Assembly: GCA_963841435.1 (NCBI GenBank)
Contig: CAWJCS010000005.1
Span: forward strand, 1 to 64,000
Source of the DNA: an uncultured delta proteobacterium
GTDB taxonomy: Bacteria > Myxococcota_A > Polyangia > Polyangiales > Polyangiaceae
Direction: 5' to 3'
Length of the DNA stretch: 64,000 bases
Within the stretch, counting starts at the first letter, position 1, and each line of letters begins with the position of its first letter. Below are positions 57,637-64,000 of this stretch, in pieces. A program made the position numbers and the translations under genes. Below the pieces are notes generated by a model, which saw only the letters and a list, made by a program, of their open reading frames with translations, had not been told where the DNA came from and searched no databases.

Positions 57637-58701
57637 ATGGTGGTCTTCTTCCTTTTGGCGACCATGGTTCCGAGACGAAAAGGCGGGGGGCGACGCCGTT
57701 CCACCTGCGCATCGCTGCTCTTTTGCGCGAGCGTCGCGTGCGGCTTCGCGCCCGCGCAGACGGCGCGGGCGGATCCGACGGCTGACCGCGCCGACGGCGC
57801 GCCGTGGCACATCAAGAGCGATTCGGCGTGCCCCGAGGGGGCACGCGTCGAGGCGGCGCTCTGGCCGATCCTCGGTGTGTCGAGCGACACGGCGCTCGGC
57901 GAGTCAATCGAGCTGACGCACGAGGGCAGTGGACTTGCCGTGCGGATGCGCTCGCGCGAAGGGGCGCCGCTCGGCGAGCGCGTGCTGCCGCTCGGCGAGG
58001 ACTGCGAGGAGCTTGCGCGCGCCGCAGCCGTCGTGCTCGCGAGCTGGCTCACGGATGCACATCCGGAGTTTCTCGCGCCCCCGCCGCCGCCTCCGGCGCC
58101 GGCACCCGAGCCGCTGGAGCCCGCGCCGCCGCGCGTCCTGCCCATCGCGAAGATGACGGCGCGCGGCGAGGTCACGCCCGGGCCGGGAGCGGGCCTCTAC
58201 GTCGGGCTCGGCGGCGGCGCAGCGTTGCTCGGCGCACCCCCGGCCGCGCTCGGGACGCTCCTCGCCGGCTACGGTCCTTCGTCGAGCGGCCTCGGTCTCG
58301 AAGCGAGCGTTGGTACGACCACGATGCGTTCGAAGCCGCTCGATGCGGGTCACGTCCACTACACGCGCTTTCCGTTCGCGGTTTGCGCGTCGCTGCGCTT
58401 CGCGGCAGGCCGTGCTCGGGCAGAGCTTCTCGCCGGGGCGGCCGTCGCGTGGCTGAGGCTGTCGGGCGACGGTTTCGCGCCGGACCGATCGCAGAGTGAC
58501 CGAGCCTTCGCAGCGCTCGCGGGGGCGCGCCTTTCGGGGCGATTCGGGGCGCTCGAACCCTTCGCCGAGCTCCGACCCCTTCTGTGGCTGACGGGCGCCA
58601 CGGCGTACGTCGACACACCCGAGGACGGGGTCGCGCTACCCCGCGGGGAGCTTTTCGCGCTCGCCGGCGTGGTCTACCGCCCGCCTCTCGGCGTACGCTG
58701 A
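57637..58701 (+). CDS. Exported protein with Pro-rich linker and predicted C-terminal beta-barrel (start uncertain)
   Basis: Signal ending ARA-D; CP...CEELARAAAVVL N-domain; same layout as 7138-8340. Confidence 0.7.
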   Translation: MVVFFLLATMVPRRKGGGRRRSTCASLLFCASVACGFAPAQTARADPTADRADGAPWHIKSDSACPEGARVEAALWPILGVSSDTALGESIELTHEGSGLAVRMRSREGAPLGERVLPLGEDCEELARAAAVVLASWLTDAHPEFLAPPPPPPAPAPEPLEPAPPRVLPIAKMTARGEVTPGPGAGLYVGLGGGAALLGAPPAALGTLLAGYGPSSSGLGLEASVGTTTMRSKPLDAGHVHYTRFPFAVCASLRFAAGRARAELLAGAAVAWLRLSGDGFAPDRSQSDRAFAALAGARLSGRFGALEPFAELRPLLWLTGATAYVDTPEDGVALPRGELFALAGVVYRPPLGVR

Positions 58702-58733
58702 AAGGTTCGCAGTCCTCACCGCACCAATCAGCG

Positions 58734-60005
58734 ATGCACGAAATGGCTCGCTCGCTCCCTGGTCTTGGCTGGTCGCTCCTCGGGGCGTCGCTCGTCCTAC
58801 TCTCCTGCGGCGGCCGCTACGACGTCGGGGACAAGGGCGACGGCGGCACGGGAGGCATGGAAGCCGGCGCCGGCGGCTCCGACGCGAACGGCGGCTCGAA
58901 GGCCACCGGTGGCGGCGCCGGCAACGCCGCCGGTGGGAGCGGCGGCGAAACGGCGGGCAGCTCCGGCGAGACGGGCGGCCGGGGCGGCACCTCGAGCTCC
59001 ACGGGGGGCTCGGGCATCGGTGGCGGCACGGGCGGCGACACGGGCGGCACGGGAACGAGTGGCAGCGCAGGGGCTCCGATGACGGGCGGCGCGGCGGGCA
59101 TGCCAACCCCCACGACGTGCGGCGTCGAGCAGGCTTCCCTCGAGTACGGCGAGCTCGCCGCGCCCGACGAAGTCTACCGCCGCATCAGCCGCCTCCTCTA
59201 CGACGAGGAGCGCGACCCGCCCGCCGACTTACCCGAGGTGACGACGCCGGAGCTCGCGAGCACCCTGTTGGTAAACGAGCTCGAGGCGATCCGCTCGGTC
59301 AGTACGCCACCGGACGGGCTCGCTCGGTTCATGCAGGGCTATCTCGCGGCGGAGGGAGAGGACCCGGCCCTCGGCGAGCGCTGGGGGCGCTTGTTGGCCG
59401 AGGAAAATTCCATGCTCTGGTCGCTCTTCACGTCGCCCGCGAGCGAACCCGATGAGTTCGGGCTGTTCTCCGACGTGGCGCGGCTCCGTCCGGGGATCTC
59501 CGGGCGGGGCACCGTTCTTTCCAACTCCCTTTTCTGTACGGGAGTTCCGGCGCCGCCCGTCAACATCGCGCCGATCGTGCCCGGCCCGGACCAAACTCGG
59601 CGCGAGGCGCTCGAAGAAGACGTGGCCAGCCCCACGTGCGCCGGGTGCCATGCCCTCACCGATCCACTCGGCTATGCCCTCGAGATCCTCGCGCCCGAGA
59701 CGGCCGAGCTTCGCAGCACCGACAACGGGCAGCCGATCGACGCCTCCGGCAGGTACAGCTCGGTGGGCGGCAGCTACTTCGTCTTCCAGGACATCCGCCA
59801 GCTGTCGGGCGAGCTTTCCACGTCCTGCGAGGTGGGCGCGTGCTTCGCGAGCCAGCTCTTTTCCTACGCTCTCGCCGCGGGGAACGGCGGCGACTACGGC
59901 CAGGAGGAGCTCGACCAAGTGCTGTTCGCCTTCGGCAGCGGCAATGCGTTCCGCCTCGAATCGCTGCTACTCGCCATCGTCGAGTCACCCTCCTTCCTCC
60001 GTTGA
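58734..60005 (+). CDS. DUF1588-type lipoprotein with CxxCH motif
   Basis: Lipobox LLSC; SGRG..LFC..VPAPP, TRREAL, CAGCH..DPLGYALE, PIDASG. Confidence 0.8.
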   Translation: MHEMARSLPGLGWSLLGASLVLLSCGGRYDVGDKGDGGTGGMEAGAGGSDANGGSKATGGGAGNAAGGSGGETAGSSGETGGRGGTSSSTGGSGIGGGTGGDTGGTGTSGSAGAPMTGGAAGMPTPTTCGVEQASLEYGELAAPDEVYRRISRLLYDEERDPPADLPEVTTPELASTLLVNELEAIRSVSTPPDGLARFMQGYLAAEGEDPALGERWGRLLAEENSMLWSLFTSPASEPDEFGLFSDVARLRPGISGRGTVLSNSLFCTGVPAPPVNIAPIVPGPDQTRREALEEDVASPTCAGCHALTDPLGYALEILAPETAELRSTDNGQPIDASGRYSSVGGSYFVFQDIRQLSGELSTSCEVGACFASQLFSYALAAGNGGDYGQEELDQVLFAFGSGNAFRLESLLLAIVESPSFLR

Positions 60006-60031
60006 GAACGGCGGCGGGGTATGCTCGACGC

Positions 60032-60622
60032 GTGCGGGAGATCGATCTCGAGGCGGTGCCTGTCCCGAGTCAACACGAGCGGGACACCGCGACTTCCGCA
60101 GCGCTCTCGCTCGACGCCGTCTACCGCGCGCACGCGGCGCTCGTCTCGCGCTGGATCGAGCGGCTCGATCCGCAAGGTGACGCCGAGGATCTGCTGCACG
60201 ACGTGTTCATGGTCGTCCAGCGGCGTCTGCCGGAGTTCCGTGGGGACGCAGCGATCACGACGTTCCTCTACGCCATCACCTTGCGCGTCGTCACGGGAGC
60301 CCGCCGCAAGCGCCGTCTCCGAAGCGTGCTCTTCGCGGCGCTCTCGCCCCTGCTACGCGAAGCAGAGAAGGATCCGCGCACTCCGGAGCGCTCCGTGGCG
60401 AGCGACCGCACCCGGGCCCTGCTCTACGAGCTACTCGACGAGCTCGGCGAAAGGGATCGAACCTTGCTGATCCTTTTCGAGCTCGAGGAGCTGCCGGGAC
60501 GCGAGATCGCGAGCTTATTGGGCATGCCGGAAAAGAACCTGTGGGCCGCTCTGCACCGCGCGCGACAGCGGCTGCGCCGCGCGTACGTCGCGCGCTACGG
60601 CGAGGAGGGCGGCGAGCCGTGA
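60032..60622 (+). CDS. ECF RNA polymerase sigma factor
   Basis: DAEDLLHDVF..FRGDAAITTFLYAI; LILFELEEL..EIASLLG...LHRARQRL. Confidence 0.92.
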   Translation: MREIDLEAVPVPSQHERDTATSAALSLDAVYRAHAALVSRWIERLDPQGDAEDLLHDVFMVVQRRLPEFRGDAAITTFLYAITLRVVTGARRKRRLRSVLFAALSPLLREAEKDPRTPERSVASDRTRALLYELLDELGERDRTLLILFELEELPGREIASLLGMPEKNLWAALHRARQRLRRAYVARYGEEGGEP

Positions 60623-61581
60623 GGGCCGGGAGCGACGGCACCCCGCCCCCTCTCGGCGGCAGCTCGGGCAGCGACGCGGCCATGGGGCGCCTCGCCGAGC
60701 TGTTTCGGGCGGCGCCCGAGCCTTCGGGGCTCCCGCCGGCGGCCCTCGCGCGCGTGCGGCACCGCCTGCTCGACGCGAGCCGCGGCTCCGGCGCGTCCTC
60801 GCGGCGGCGCCTGCTTTCCTTCGCGCTCGCAGGCGCCGCGCTTGCTCTCGCCGGCGGCGCGCTCGCGCGCTTCGCGCTCGCGCCCCCAACCGAGCCCCGA
60901 CCAGCGCTCTCGCAAGCCTCGAGCGAGGCACCGCCGAGCGAGCAAGCGCGACCCGTGCGCGTGGCGCGACACGCCGACATGCCGGAGCCAGGTGCGGACC
61001 CGAAGCCTGCGCCGAGCGCCGCCCCCGTCGTCAGGGCGGTCCCGGCGGTGTCGGGCCCCAGTGTGCCGACCGAAAGCGCGCTCTCGGCCGAAACGACCGC
61101 CCTCGAGCCGGCGCTCAGGGCCCTGCGCGGCCGGCACGACGCGAACGCGGCGCTGGCCGCGCTCGACGCGTACGACGCGGCATTTCCCCACGGCCTGCTC
61201 GCGCTCGACGCTCGCGTGGCGCGCGTCGATGCGAACCTCTTGCTCGGGCGCCGCGCGGCGGCGCTCGCCGTGCTCGAAACCTTGCCGCTCGGGCGCGTCG
61301 GGCGGGGGCTCGAGCTCCGGCTCGTACGCGCGGAGCTCACGGCCGACCACGATTGCCGGGGGGCGCTGCCGGATTTCGACGCGGTGCTCGCGACGGCGCC
61401 CACGCCGGCGCTCGAAGAGCGCGCGCTCTACGGGCGAGCAGCCTGCCGGCGAAAGCTCGGCGATGTCTCGGGCGAGCACGCCGACGTGGCGCGCTACCTC
61501 GAACGCTACCCGAACGGACGCTTCGCTTCGCCGCTACGCGAAAGCCAGGCCGTGGCAGCCCCCGCCGCGACGGACCGCTGA
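60619..61581 (+). CDS. Putative anti-sigma factor: TM plus TPR domain
   Basis: GTGA overlap with the sigma stop; RRR plus TM helix, Pro/Ala linker, TPRs ending YLERYPNGRFA. Confidence 0.72.
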   Translation: MRAGSDGTPPPLGGSSGSDAAMGRLAELFRAAPEPSGLPPAALARVRHRLLDASRGSGASSRRRLLSFALAGAALALAGGALARFALAPPTEPRPALSQASSEAPPSEQARPVRVARHADMPEPGADPKPAPSAAPVVRAVPAVSGPSVPTESALSAETTALEPALRALRGRHDANAALAALDAYDAAFPHGLLALDARVARVDANLLLGRRAAALAVLETLPLGRVGRGLELRLVRAELTADHDCRGALPDFDAVLATAPTPALEERALYGRAACRRKLGDVSGEHADVARYLERYPNGRFASPLRESQAVAAPAATDR

Positions 61582-61594
61582 CCCACAGCGGAGC

Positions 61595-61957
61595 TCAAAA
61601 CGAGCAAACGTTGACGCTCGGGTGCGCGCGACAGTAGCTCGCAACGCAATCGAGATAGGCCGTCACCTCGTCCGAGCACGCCGTGGGCGCCGTGCAGATG
61701 TCGTCGAGCTTCGCCGTGCACGCGAGCGAGCTCACGTAGAGCGGCTTGCAGTCGGTGCCGATGGCCCGCACGTCCTCGCCGAGGCAATTCTCCTCACAGC
61801 GTAAATCCTCGGAGTGTGGACAGCGCGCGGACTTGCCCTTCTCGCAGAGCCCAACACAATCAACGTCTTCCTCGCCGTTCGAGCTCTCACCACCACACGA
61901 AAGCGCCGCCCCCGCGACGAACAACAGGCACGCGACCACTCGACGCCCGACCACCAC
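61595..61957 (-). CDS. Small Cys-rich lipoprotein
   Basis: Lipobox ALSC followed by about 12 Cys in 100 aa; TAGCCT 7 nt upstream of the GTG. Confidence 0.65.
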   Translation of the reverse strand: MVVGRRVVACLLFVAGAALSCGGESSNGEEDVDCVGLCEKGKSARCPHSEDLRCEENCLGEDVRAIGTDCKPLYVSSLACTAKLDDICTAPTACSDEVTAYLDCVASYCRAHPSVNVCSF

Positions 61958-62095
61958 GTGAGCCAGGCTAGCATGCCGGCCGGGAGCTCTCGAACGTCGC
62001 GCCCCGGGCGGAAAAACGGGCGCGAGCAGGCCTCCCCCCTGGCGTGGCCCCCCTCGACGGACTAGGTTCCGCGGGGTCTTGCGGCCAAAACCACG

Positions 62096-64000
<1,905 letters not shown>

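Overview
High-GC chromosomal segment whose gene content points to a Myxococcota (Polyangiales/Sorangium-like) bacterium; the taxonomy is inferred. Bases 1-14.2 kb are an accessory, decaying region. They hold an IS3 element with an intact -1 frameshift signal, two IS91-type transposase remnants, a complete IS66 (8-bp target duplication) splitting a DUF1593 lipoprotein gene, an ECF sigma/TPR/beta-barrel/lipoprotein operon, a doc-type TA relic and other gene fragments. The rest mixes housekeeping genes (thiC, SMUG1, lgt, a stand-alone rplC, dapA/dapB, rsmB, rseP, secA running off the end) with three notable loci. (i) A DMATS-type aromatic prenyltransferase fused to an AetD/BesC-like heme-oxygenase-like diiron domain, followed by a cytokinin-dehydrogenase-like flavoprotein; this is the best candidate for an undescribed pathway (prenyl-indole biosynthesis). 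(ii) A glycan-utilisation-like locus with two GH3 lipoproteins, a GH105/88, a C-type lectin and two porins, with no SusC/D. (iii) A second ECF/TPR/beta-barrel/lipoprotein module. Four or five genes, including secA, carry single +1 insertions that look like sequencing errors. No rRNA, tRNA or CRISPR array was seen. All family calls come from motif recognition, not database searches.
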